A stretch of 46,520 nt of DNA from a virus, in the UHGV virus genome UHGV-1365321. One strand, written 5' to 3'. The first letter of the stretch is position 1, and each line of letters starts with the position of its first letter. A model generated the notes under the pieces. The model saw only the letters and a program-made list of their open reading frames with translations. It was not told where the DNA came from and did not search any database. Positions 17,603 through 26,412 of the stretch are shown here, one piece after another. Both the position numbers and the translations under genes were made by a program.

Positions 17603-18480
17603 TAATCCTCCAGTTTCACGCCGGGAATTTTACCGGCGGCAATGGCGTCGTAAATCAAATCAGCAGAATGTCCGTTGCTTGCAGAAGATCTGCACAACTC
17701 AGCAATCGCATTCTTTGCAGCATCGCGCTTCCGCTCTGCTTCTGAGCGGATTGGGCGGAATTGCGGTTTATCAAGTTGAATATCTTTCGCAATTTCCGTC
17801 TCTTGTTTCTCTCCGAAAATGTTAGTCATGCCGCAGATAACAACAATTTGGTTAGATGCATATTTTATTGTCACCGGATACCATTCATTGTTGCTATCGA
17901 GATACTCACACTCACAACCAACCGGCGGCAATCCCTCTCCATTCCAAACCGGAGCAGCATCCTGACCGATGCACTCATTCAGGTCGGCTTCGTCATCCGC
18001 TTTGGCCTGCTCTGCTTCCTGCGGCTTATGCAGGCGGTAGGCGATGATGTCTGCGCCAGTAGTAACAAAATGCGCGTAGCCATGCCCCCACTCGTAAGAA
18101 TCTGCGCGCTGCGCTTTATGAATGCTCCCATCACGATAGCGAACATCTACCATAGCGCTTTCGATAACCGGGCATTCGCCACCAGGCCAATCAATCCAGC
18201 CGTCATTTTTGGCAGCCAGCGCGGCTTCGTACTGTTCGCGGGTGATGATGGCGGTGTCCCAATCGTCAGCAACGACGTCATATTTTTTTATTTTTGCGTC
18301 TGCGTGACCTGTTCCGTTATTTGCTAACCATATGTTTTTTTTAAGATAAGGCGCTTTATGGTATCCAAATGCTACCCCTTTGTATATGCTGCTCCCATTA
18401 TCCTGTGTAATACACTCCACCCCATCAGGCCATTGCCAGCCATTCAGGCCATCCTCAACCAGCATATCAATCAGTTTCAT
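17602..18480 (-). CDS. hypothetical 292 aa protein with three internal W-P-x-G-x-EC repeats
   Basis: Repeats GWQWPDGVEC, GWIDWPGGEC and GLPPVGCEC; no family recognised. Confidence 0.6.
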   Translation of the reverse strand: MKLIDMLVEDGLNGWQWPDGVECITQDNGSSIYKGVAFGYHKAPYLKKNIWLANNGTGHADAKIKKYDVVADDWDTAIITREQYEAALAAKNDGWIDWPGGECPVIESAMVDVRYRDGSIHKAQRADSYEWGHGYAHFVTTGADIIAYRLHKPQEAEQAKADDEADLNECIGQDAAPVWNGEGLPPVGCECEYLDSNNEWYPVTIKYASNQIVVICGMTNIFGEKQETEIAKDIQLDKPQFRPIRSEAERKRDAAKNAIAELCRSSASNGHSADLIYDAIAAGKIPGVKLED

Positions 18481-18608
18481 TTCTTCTCTCCGTTATAAAT
18501 GCTTTTCAGCTCACCCATCACATTCAGCCATGCTGCATGCTCATCCATGCCGCGCATCACCAGCTTAACGTAGCGATTACGGGCCTTAAACATCAGTAGC
18601 GGGCACAT
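18477..18608 (-). CDS. 43 aa peptide coupled between the 96 aa and 292 aa genes
   Basis: ATGA and TAATG overlaps at both ends. Confidence 0.35.
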   Translation of the reverse strand: MCPLLMFKARNRYVKLVMRGMDEHAAWLNVMGELKSIYNGEKK

Positions 18609-18898
18609 TATTTGTCGCCCATCGTTGACAGGCAGACTTCACGGGCGACAGCGGCCACTTCTTTCGGTGTCTTGTCTGTCATTTTGTATGCCCCATCAAC
18701 GATGGCCTTGCTGAGTTGGTTAAATTCAGCGCTATACTGGCCTCCAGAAGAAACCATCAGCGCGAGCTGCTTTGATACGCCAGCATCACGGGCTTCTGCT
18801 GCCGCTTCACCGAACTCACCAACTGCATTGCAAAACTCGCCAGCCGACGCACCAAATGAAGCCATTGCGAATACTGCTGCTGCGATTAATTTTTTCAT
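18608..18898 (-). CDS. small secreted/periplasmic protein
   Basis: 96 aa with MKKLIAAAVFAMASFGASA-GE signal peptide and two Cys. Confidence 0.6.
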   Translation of the reverse strand: MKKLIAAAVFAMASFGASAGEFCNAVGEFGEAAAEARDAGVSKQLALMVSSGGQYSAEFNQLSKAIVDGAYKMTDKTPKEVAAVAREVCLSTMGDK

Positions 18899-18921
18899 TT
18901 TTTACTCTCCTGTGTTTGTGT

Positions 18922-18974
18922 ATCTACATCATCGCTTACGATTCAATCTACGTCAAGTATTTTTATGATATAAT
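18922..18974 (+). promoter_or_regulatory. two motif copies (ATCTACATCA, AATCTACGTCAA) followed by extended -10 TGaTATAAT for gene 19014
   Basis: Read from the sequence. Confidence 0.5.
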
Positions 18975-19013
18975 GACACATGGGTTAGGAAGTTATCGGT
19001 TGAGGAAATCATT

Positions 19014-19742
19014 ATGTCAAAAAAAATGTCAAACGAAGACTTTGTGGCATCAGCCAGGGCAGCACACGGGAGTAGATTCAGGTACGAAAAGTGCGTTTAT
19101 GACGGGAAAAAGAAAAAATTAATAATAATTTGTAGGATGCACGGGGCTTTCCTCACTCATCCAGATACCCACTTAAAGGGAAAACATGGAGGATGTGATA
19201 AGTGTGCAAGGATTCAGCATGGCAGGAGATCATCAGAAAGGTGCAGGAGCAAGGTGAGAGACCTTGATATTTCCGATATCGTTAAATATGAACCTGAAAC
19301 GGGTGATTTTACTTGGGTTAAGAACACAACAATTCGAGACTCAATAGGAAGGAAGGTTGGTAGCAAAACTAAGAATGGTTATATTGAATGTCAGATTCAG
19401 GGAGAGAGGTACTTACTACATAGACTGGCTTGGTTTATGCACTATGGGTCATGGCCGCCAGGTGAGATAGATCACATTAATTGCATCAAAACAGATAACA
19501 GAATTAAAAATCTTAGGCTTGCCACTTTTTGTGAAAATCAACAAAACAAGGGCCTTTCAGAAAGCAATAAGTCAGGCGTCAAAGGCGTCTGCTGGGACAA
19601 AAGGTTATCAAAATGGAAAGCCAGGGTCTACGCATCAAGGGTGTTGGTGGCAGAGAGGGTATTTGACGACCTGAATGAAGCCGCAGAGTGGATAAAAAAT
19701 GTTAGAATGAGACACCACAAAGAATTTTCCCGGGAGGCTTAG
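19014..19742 (+). CDS. HNH homing endonuclease with AP2 domain (copy 3 of 3)
   Basis: 242 aa with HRLAWFMHYG..IDHINCIKTDNRIKNLRL and SGVKGVCW..KWKARV. Confidence 0.75.
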   Translation: MSKKMSNEDFVASARAAHGSRFRYEKCVYDGKKKKLIIICRMHGAFLTHPDTHLKGKHGGCDKCARIQHGRRSSERCRSKVRDLDISDIVKYEPETGDFTWVKNTTIRDSIGRKVGSKTKNGYIECQIQGERYLLHRLAWFMHYGSWPPGEIDHINCIKTDNRIKNLRLATFCENQQNKGLSESNKSGVKGVCWDKRLSKWKARVYASRVLVAERVFDDLNEAAEWIKNVRMRHHKEFSREA

Positions 19743-19743
19743 G

Positions 19744-20178
19744 GTGAAATTATCTCAAAAGGGCATTGAACTAATTAAACAATTCGAGGGTTACAGCTCG
19801 AAGGCATATCCAGACCCAGCCACTGGCGGAGCGCCGTGGACTATCGGTTACGGTACAACCAAAGGCGTTAAGCCAGGCATGGTTATCACCGCACAGCAAG
19901 CGGAAAAGATGCTGCGTGACGACGTAGCGAAATTTGAAAGCGGCGTCTCGTCACTCATCACCGCCCCAACAACTCAGGGCCAGTTTGATGCAATGGTGTC
20001 GCTGGCCTACAACATCGGGCTTGGTAACTTTGGCAAATCAACTCTGCTGAAAAAGCATAACTCCCGCTGCTACACCTGCGCCGCAGACCAGTTCCGGGTA
20101 TGGAATCGCGCCAATGGCAAAGTCATGAACGGACTGACCAAGCGCAGGGCGGCAGAACGTCAGGTCTACATGTCATGA
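19744..20178 (+). CDS. endolysin, GH24 (T4-lysozyme-like) family, GTG start
   Basis: LIKQFEGYSSKAYPD...GGAPWTIGYGTT. Confidence 0.85.
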   Translation: MKLSQKGIELIKQFEGYSSKAYPDPATGGAPWTIGYGTTKGVKPGMVITAQQAEKMLRDDVAKFESGVSSLITAPTTQGQFDAMVSLAYNIGLGNFGKSTLLKKHNSRCYTCAADQFRVWNRANGKVMNGLTKRRAAERQVYMS

Positions 20179-20420
20179 GGCGCCTAACTAACTGGCTTAT
20201 CGGCATTTGGGCGTCATTCTGCTCGCTGATTCAGCTCTGGCCTGACGCTATGGTTCATGTATGGGCATTCATGCCGGAAGACTTAAAGTCTTCCATTCCA
20301 CCGATTGCGGTCAAGGCGATCAGCTACAGCATCCTTATTGCCTCGCTGTTTGGAAAAATGCACGGCATGAAGAAAGAGATTAAGGCGCTGAAAAATGATT
20401 CTGCAAATCCTCAAGGCTAA
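20175..20420 (+). CDS. two-TMD membrane protein (candidate holin/antiholin)
   Basis: 81 aa with two hydrophobic helices; sits between the lysozyme and the spanin. Confidence 0.4.
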   Translation: MRRLTNWLIGIWASFCSLIQLWPDAMVHVWAFMPEDLKSSIPPIAVKAISYSILIASLFGKMHGMKKEIKALKNDSANPQG

Positions 20421-20889
20421 CTGGAAAGTTGTTGCGGCCATTATCGGAGTAGCACTGCTGGCGCTGATTATCTACGGGAAGTGGGTCAATTACGGGAAGG
20501 AGAAATATAACTCTGGATATCTGGCCGCCGTAGAGGCACAGAAGGTCAAAGACAAAGAGGCAAGCGAACAACATGAGCAAGACAAAAAGACCATCGAGCA
20601 GGAAGCGCAAGGCCGCATTGATGCCGCGCGTGCTGATGCTTCCGCTGCTGCTGTTAAGTCTGGCAGGTTGCAGCAACAGCTCGCCACAATCAGAAAGCAG
20701 CTCGTCGATTATTCCCGCGCTGAGTCCATTGGCAATCCAACCGCCAGTACCGGAGTTTTGCTCTCCCAACTGCTCAGCGAATCTGTCGAAAGAAATCGAC
20801 AACTGGCAGAATATGCTGACTCAGCAAGAGAAGCGGGATTGACGTGCCAGGCACAATACAACTCCCTCCGTAATAAAAAAGCCCCGTAA
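20395..20889 (+). CDS. i-spanin (Rz-like)
   Basis: N-terminal TMD, coiled coil, Cys near the C-terminus. Confidence 0.7.
   Translation: MILQILKANWKVVAAIIGVALLALIIYGKWVNYGKEKYNSGYLAAVEAQKVKDKEASEQHEQDKKTIEQEAQGRIDAARADASAAAVKSGRLQQQLATIRKQLVDYSRAESIGNPTASTGVLLSQLLSESVERNRQLAEYADSAREAGLTCQAQYNSLRNKKAP
20573..20842 (+). CDS. o-spanin (Rz1-like lipoprotein) embedded in the +1 frame of Rz
   Basis: LLLLSLAGCSN lipobox, Pro-rich; a likely start is the internal Met near 20621. Confidence 0.65.
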   Translation: MSKTKRPSSRKRKAALMPRVLMLPLLLLSLAGCSNSSPQSESSSSIIPALSPLAIQPPVPEFCSPNCSANLSKEIDNWQNMLTQQEKRD

Positions 20890-20903
20890 AGGGGCTTTGT
20901 TTT
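20875..20903 (+). terminator. rho-independent terminator after the lysis genes
   Basis: AAAAGCCCC-GTAAA-GGGGCTTTGTTTT. Confidence 0.8.
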
Positions 20904-21197
20904 ACAGGTCATTAAGCCTGTCGACAATCTTGCTTCCTGCGCTCTCAAGGTCTTTATCTTCAAAGCCATCGGCCCACGCCTGCTTGATACACTCCATTAC
21001 CTGATTAAGCTCACCCTCAGTGAACTAACAACATACTTTTTCTCTTCCATTTTTCTCTCACTCATACAGTGGTTTAATTTTATACCCAAACATGGCCGCG
21101 TTCTGATGCTCAACACTACCAGCAAAAGCCAGATAGCGGCGGCCACGGTTGCTGGTGATGATGTAGGCCTTTGGTATTCTATTCTGCTTTACCGGCA

Positions 21198-21560
21198 TTA
21201 TTTACCAGCCTCCTCTGTCACTTTTTCCTTGGCGGCAGCGCGAAACAGCGTCGCGGTCAGATAAAATCCACCAAGCCAGAAATAACCAAGCGCGAACATT
21301 ACTGCTATTTCGCAAAATGTCGTCACAGCCTGGTATTTATGATGAATCCATAGCGGCTTTTTGTAGCGAGCAACGGATTTATCAAGCAGGTCTTTGCTTG
21401 ACAGCAAGCCAACCGATGCAATGATTGACGCAATCGACATGAACCAGAAAAAAGCCACAGCCATATTGTATGCATACACATTCTGCATAAACAGGCCGAA
21501 GTAAATCAGCGGCCACGTCAGGAGGATATCCCATGCGATGTTTTTCAGGAGTCTTTTCAT
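21198..21560 (-). CDS. polytopic membrane protein
   Basis: 120 aa with 3-4 predicted TM helices. Confidence 0.6.
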   Translation of the reverse strand: MKRLLKNIAWDILLTWPLIYFGLFMQNVYAYNMAVAFFWFMSIASIIASVGLLSSKDLLDKSVARYKKPLWIHHKYQAVTTFCEIAVMFALGYFWLGGFYLTATLFRAAAKEKVTEEAGK

Positions 21561-21784
21561 AGTTTCACCATCGATGCTTTGCTAACACTTTTGTTGATGT
21601 GCTGGATGCATTTTATAATCTCCCCAACCTCATCAATGGTGAATACGCTGCCATCATATAAGATGCTGACCCTGTCACCGGTCACTTCAATGGCCAGGTG
21701 CTTGCCTTTTAATCGTGCGGCAAACCCATTGCACTCAAAGTGCCCCGACTCTTGTGCTTCAGTGATTTTGCATTGTGCCATCAC
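21557..21784 (-). CDS. hypothetical protein
   Basis: 75 aa ORF. Confidence 0.5.
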   Translation of the reverse strand: MMAQCKITEAQESGHFECNGFAARLKGKHLAIEVTGDRVSILYDGSVFTIDEVGEIIKCIQHINKSVSKASMVKL

Positions 21785-22254
21785 TTTACCTCCCCATTCA
21801 GTTCATTAACAATTAATGTTGCATAGCCAGCAATGTCTTTCCAGCTATCGTCGTATGTCGGGTCGCCATTCAGGATTCTACCGATTTTATGCTGAATCAT
21901 GTCGAGCGCCTCCTTCTGGCTCGCCGTCAGGGTATTCCAGCCGTCAACGTCGCGCATGGTGTCTTTCAGTGACTGCATGATATCTGCGCCATATTTGAAT
22001 TTGCCATAACGGCTGCCGCGCTCGGTGATGAGGGCTTCTGTGGAGCTGGCGCGCCCATTCAAGTCATCATCAGTTACTGGCTCACGATGAGCGATAACAA
22101 TATCGCCAGACTTTTCGATATCCTTATCTCGCCCTGCATAATCCGCGCTGAGGTAGTGGATTTTGCCACTGGTTGCTGATTTTACAGCAAGAACGGCATC
22201 TTCATGACCATTAAAATAATCAGCACTTCCCTTCAGGTATTTGTATTTCATCAC
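21781..22254 (-). CDS. hypothetical protein
   Basis: 157 aa ORF. Confidence 0.55.
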   Translation of the reverse strand: MMKYKYLKGSADYFNGHEDAVLAVKSATSGKIHYLSADYAGRDKDIEKSGDIVIAHREPVTDDDLNGRASSTEALITERGSRYGKFKYGADIMQSLKDTMRDVDGWNTLTASQKEALDMIQHKIGRILNGDPTYDDSWKDIAGYATLIVNELNGEVK

Positions 22255-22451
22255 TCCACCCTCAGCGTAACCTTGTTTTTCTCATCCACACTGAAGTGTT
22301 CGCGCACAAACGCATACATTTCTTCAGCGCTCCATTCCCGCATTGCTACATAGCAGTGCGCGTAATATCTGACATCTCGCAGGCTTAACGGCTGGCGCTT
22401 AGCGATAATTTCAGTCAGTGCTTCCAGTGGTTCTTTGCGTTGTCTCGCCAT
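22251..22451 (-). CDS. hypothetical protein
   Basis: 66 aa ORF. Confidence 0.5.
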   Translation of the reverse strand: MARQRKEPLEALTEIIAKRQPLSLRDVRYYAHCYVAMREWSAEEMYAFVREHFSVDEKNKVTLRVE

Positions 22452-22474
22452 TGTCGCTCTCCTGTGAAATCATC

Positions 22475-22500
22475 TTGACTAATCTACGTCAATTAGTCAA
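22475..22500. promoter_or_regulatory. perfect 9 bp inverted repeat TTGACTAAT-CTACGTCA-ATTAGTCAA embedding the conserved motif; operator in a divergent promoter region
   Basis: Read from the sequence. Confidence 0.6.
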
Positions 22501-22546
22501 TACTAGGTGTTGTAGATTGTATCATAGTTGCGAGAGGTGGTGTGGA

Positions 22547-22762
22547 ATGAAGAAGTGGCAGGAGGTGACAGAAGTTCATAAGCGCGATTGCCGGGAGACT
22601 CTGCAAATGCTTAATGTGCCAGAGTCAATCATTAAATCTATCGAGCAGCGCATTGACCTCGCTGCTATGGAGGCCGCCCATGAAGCCGAGGAAGCGCAAA
22701 TGTTGTCATGGATGGACAGAACTCTACCGGGCGTTTTACGTCGTGGTAAGACTACCGATTGA
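22547..22762 (+). CDS. hypothetical protein
   Basis: 71 aa with SD GAGAGGTGG. Confidence 0.5.
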   Translation: MKKWQEVTEVHKRDCRETLQMLNVPESIIKSIEQRIDLAAMEAAHEAEEAQMLSWMDRTLPGVLRRGKTTD

Positions 22763-22845
22763 AGATGATGACGGGTATCTGCACAGCCATAGTCAGGTGC
22801 TCAAATATTATGGCGTTCACTACAAAGTGCTGATGGAGAGAAAAA

Positions 22846-23037
22846 ATGAATGCTGATCAGGTGTACGAAAAAGAGTTGCTGAACAAGCTGGAGGAACTTG
22901 ACCGTACTCGAGCCTGGGTTGAAAGCGAATTGCGCGAGGTTCGCAACCGCATGCAACGGCAGGTTAACCGCGAAATTATTGAGTGGCGCGAAGGGCGCCC
23001 GCATTTCAGCAATATTGGTGAATGGGTGGCGAAATGA
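22846..23037 (+). CDS. hypothetical coiled-coil protein
   Basis: 63 aa ORF. Confidence 0.5.
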   Translation: MNADQVYEKELLNKLEELDRTRAWVESELREVRNRMQRQVNREIIEWREGRPHFSNIGEWVAK

Positions 23038-23270
23038 AACCAATGATGAATGATGAGAAATTACTAGAGTGTCCGTTTTGCGGTAGCGAAAATTCCATGC
23101 GGAACAAGGATGGGCAATGGCATTTTGTAGTATGCCAGGATTGCGGCTGCCGTACTGATGACTGGATGGTTGCGGCGACAGCAATCATTAAATGGAATAC
23201 CAGAAATGGCCACCTCTATACCGCTGACGACTACAAGCAAGATGCAATGGAGCGCGCAAATGGACTTTAA
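23034..23270 (+). CDS. Lar-family-like restriction alleviation / zinc-ribbon protein (tentative)
   Basis: CPFCGSENS...CQDCGC. Confidence 0.4.
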   Translation: MKPMMNDEKLLECPFCGSENSMRNKDGQWHFVVCQDCGCRTDDWMVAATAIIKWNTRNGHLYTADDYKQDAMERANGL

Positions 23271-23730
23271 AACGCAAATACTCACGGTGATAGAGCGCTG
23301 CGGCGGCGCAACCAATGCCATGATACGCAAGCAGACTGGCATGACAAACCGAGCCGGCGTTACAGGCTATCTGATTGAGCTGGAGGGTATGGGATTTATT
23401 ATTAAAGAGGAAAGCGTCAGCTATGGCAGGCGCTGCTTTAAGTATTTCCTCAATCCCGATAATACTGCGCTCGATTTGGCTATTCAGAGTTATCTTGAGG
23501 CGAATCCTGGGCGTAAGAGCAAGCAGATAGCAGAGGCTGTCGGCGTCAACTACACCATTCTCAAGGCACGCATGCGCTATCTGGCAAGCATTGGTCAGGT
23601 TGACCGTGAAATGCTTCCCGGCGGTGCATGGAAATATTACTGGCAGGAGATCATCCCGTTTGGCATGAGCCGTGACAGGATGATGTTTGAAAAGCTGCTT
23701 GCCGGGGCACGTCAGTCATGTGGGCGGTAA
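23260..23730 (+). CDS. winged-helix-like DNA-binding protein (tentative)
   Basis: 156 aa starting MDFKTQILTVIERCGGATNAMIRKQTGMT. Confidence 0.4.
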   Translation: MDFKTQILTVIERCGGATNAMIRKQTGMTNRAGVTGYLIELEGMGFIIKEESVSYGRRCFKYFLNPDNTALDLAIQSYLEANPGRKSKQIAEAVGVNYTILKARMRYLASIGQVDREMLPGGAWKYYWQEIIPFGMSRDRMMFEKLLAGARQSCGR

Positions 23731-24009
23731 AGCATAAATCAGGAACCGTGCTGTTTGTCACCAACTGTGAGCGTACGGCTAGTAATCGCAGAGAGATGGG
23801 GTGGATAGTGGAGGAAGTGAATGTGAGCAAACCAAAAAAACGCATTAATTAAAATTACATGGCATGACGACACGGTTAGCCAGTGGCATGCAGATTCATT
23901 CAGAGAGGGTGAGCACTCCATTGAAATGAATATTGGTGGATGCATCGTTTGCATCCCCTGGAGGTTATACAAAGATGGCGAAGTTAAACATTTGGATGTG
24001 GAGTCGTAA

Positions 24010-24354
24010 ATGAAACTACAACTTAACGAAATCATGGAAGCAACAATCAGCGAACTGGATGACATTGATATGACGCTTGCCTTTGAGATTGAGGCTATCG
24101 AGCGCCAGCTTGCTGGCAATCAGAATGGAAATAAGGTATGGAGAGAGAAGGCCATGAAGGCGAAGGGACACATGCAGCGCACCCGCGCGCTGGTTCGCAC
24201 TCGCCTTGATAAGCTCTATTACGGCGAAGAAAGAATGTTACACGGCGCCATTCTGGCTGAAATCCGCAAAACGATGCCTGTCGGGAAATTTATGGATGCC
24301 GTAAACCGCGCAAAAGTTAACTGCGGAATGTTAAATAAGAATAGTCCTCAATAA
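24010..24354 (+). CDS. hypothetical protein
   Basis: 114 aa ORF. Confidence 0.5.
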   Translation: MKLQLNEIMEATISELDDIDMTLAFEIEAIERQLAGNQNGNKVWREKAMKAKGHMQRTRALVRTRLDKLYYGEERMLHGAILAEIRKTMPVGKFMDAVNRAKVNCGMLNKNSPQ

Positions 24355-24536
24355 ATTCTCTTCCGTGGCTGTTACCTTGCACTCAGGAGGTAGCAGCCAT
24401 GCCAATCATACTGATATCATTCTTTGCTACTCTTTTCGCTTTTACCGCATCTCCGCTTTACCTTCTCGCGTCCGTTTCGTGGTGCGTATTCATGGTGTGT
24501 TATAATCCGGGCATAAAGTAAGCGCGGAGAAAGGTC

Positions 24537-25937
24537 ATGATTGTCAAAATTGGCGGCAAGTGGGTCGTTAAATCTAAGGATGGCTCGCACCAGTTTGGCG
24601 AGTACGACACCGAAGAGGCGGCGAAAAAGCGCCTTGCTGAGGTGGAGGAATTCAAGCACATGAATAATAAATTACAGGTTAACATCCTGTATACCATCAA
24701 CTCAGCCAGCAACATCAGTGAAAAAATCATTGATGGCGACCCGCATTATGTCATCAAGAATGTTGTGCCGGTGGTGGATGACATCGTCATGAATGGCGGT
24801 CTGTACCCTGGCGATGAGATTAAAAAGTCATTCCATGGTCTTGACGGGAAACCGGCGCCATATGACCACCCGAAGATTGATGGCAAATATGTGTCAGCAA
24901 ACATGACGCGAGCCGCCAATCAGTTCAGCGTTGGTGCATGGATTGAGAACTCATCTCATGACGGCAGCAAAGCACTGGTAGACCTTTATATTAACAAGGT
25001 GGTGGCTGAGCGCTCTGATAAAGGCAGGGAATTGCTGTCGCGCATTGACGGACTCAAAGTTAACGGCGCCGATGCTGAACCTGTTCAGGTGTCTACCGGT
25101 CTGTTACTCAACCGCGAGCAGGCATCAGGAACTTCTAAGGGCAAAAAATATTCCTGGATTGCCCGGAATATGGAGTGGGATCACCTCGCCATTCTTCCAC
25201 CTGGCATTCCAGGTGCTGGCGGCCCTGCTGATGGTGTCGGTATCTTTGCTGCTAACGGCGAAGACATTGAGCGCGTTGTAGTTAACCTTGAGGAATCAGC
25301 AATGACCGACGAAAGTGCAAACAAAATCAAATGGTGGCAGCGCGCCATCAATCGACTGACTGGGAATCAGCTGTCATTCACTGATATTACTGAGCAACTC
25401 CGCAATATCATCAAGGCAGAGACTCAGTCTGATGTATGGCCCTATATCGTCGCCGTTTATGATAATTACTTCGGCGTTGAGATTGACGGCACCATTTATA
25501 TGCAGTCCTACATCGTCCGCGAGGATATGGTAGAATTAGTCGGTGAACGGGTTAAGGCTGTTTATAAGACAGAGCTTGAACCGGTAAAAACAACTCAAGG
25601 GGAAATCTCAATGACTAACGAGGAATTACAGGCTGTATTAGCCGATGCCCTCAAACCGGTTCAGGAATCGTTGACCGCAGTCAACCAGAAACTGGCCGAT
25701 GTGGAGGCGCAAAACAAAACCCTGCGCGACCAGCTGCAAGCCAATGCCGCACAGGAAGAAACCGCAATGCGCGCCGCCATTATGGCTGAGCTGAAGTTGC
25801 CGGAATCTGCTGTTAATGCGCTGACTGGCGAAGCACTGCGTGAAACCTATGCGCTCACCAGTAAAGCGGCTCCGATTTCCGGCGGGTTCCAGCCGAACCG
25901 TGCCGAAGAAGGTTTTGATATGGAGGCACCTGAATAA
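24537..25937 (+). CDS. prohead scaffold/protease-like protein (DUF2213-like N-terminus plus coiled-coil C-terminus), tentative
   Basis: 466 aa immediately upstream of a decoration-like gene and the capsid gene. Confidence 0.45.
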   Translation: MIVKIGGKWVVKSKDGSHQFGEYDTEEAAKKRLAEVEEFKHMNNKLQVNILYTINSASNISEKIIDGDPHYVIKNVVPVVDDIVMNGGLYPGDEIKKSFHGLDGKPAPYDHPKIDGKYVSANMTRAANQFSVGAWIENSSHDGSKALVDLYINKVVAERSDKGRELLSRIDGLKVNGADAEPVQVSTGLLLNREQASGTSKGKKYSWIARNMEWDHLAILPPGIPGAGGPADGVGIFAANGEDIERVVVNLEESAMTDESANKIKWWQRAINRLTGNQLSFTDITEQLRNIIKAETQSDVWPYIVAVYDNYFGVEIDGTIYMQSYIVREDMVELVGERVKAVYKTELEPVKTTQGEISMTNEELQAVLADALKPVQESLTAVNQKLADVEAQNKTLRDQLQANAAQEETAMRAAIMAELKLPESAVNALTGEALRETYALTSKAAPISGGFQPNRAEEGFDMEAPE

Positions 25938-26401
25938 TGGCTACTATCCGTTATGGCACCATCATCGGCGGCCCTGCCCGCAAAAATGACCCGCAGTTGC
26001 GCGAAGGTCTGATGAACGTTGCTCTGCAACCTGGCGCGCTGGTCGACTTCAACTCCTCTGACAAAATCATCGCGCATGCGACTGCTGGCGGCCACGGTTT
26101 CCCTTACGTTCTGCAACATAACTATGTTGGCGGCGGCGACGTGAGCGAAGCTGTACCGGCAAATGCTACCGGCATGGCAGTACAATGCGAATTTGGCGTA
26201 ACGTATCACGCTCTGGTTACGGCATCCTCCGCGCTGGTAAAAGGTACTCCGCTGGCAAGCAATGGCTCCGGCGAGTTAAAAGTGGCTGGCACAGGTGATA
26301 AAATCCTGTTCTATGCGTATGAAGCCTACACCGTAGCATCTGATGGCGCTGAACTCGTTGCAGTTCGTCGCGCTGGCAATGCTGCAATGCCTGCGGCGTA
26401 A
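25937..26401 (+). CDS. head decoration/structural protein (DUF2190-like), tentative
   Basis: 154 aa, Gly/Ala-rich, in the position before the capsid gene. Confidence 0.45.
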   Translation: MATIRYGTIIGGPARKNDPQLREGLMNVALQPGALVDFNSSDKIIAHATAGGHGFPYVLQHNYVGGGDVSEAVPANATGMAVQCEFGVTYHALVTASSALVKGTPLASNGSGELKVAGTGDKILFYAYEAYTVASDGAELVAVRRAGNAAMPAA

Positions 26402-26412
26402 GGAGCCGAACA

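Noticed and set aside
22614-22856. Out-of-frame 80 aa ORF overlapping gene 22547..22762; its stop overlaps the ATG of 22846
   Set aside because: No canonical slippery heptamer for a +1 shift and no start codon of its own after the upstream gene ends; it could still be a 37 aa GTG-initiated micro-gene, but the evidence is insufficient.
24398-24505. 35 aa ORF with a strong SD (AGGAGGTAGCAGCC-ATG) upstream of the scaffold gene
   Set aside because: An Arg-rich, junk-like peptide whose stop overlaps the extended -10 (TGTTATAAT, 24498..24506); more likely promoter or leader DNA than a gene, although a leader peptide cannot be excluded.
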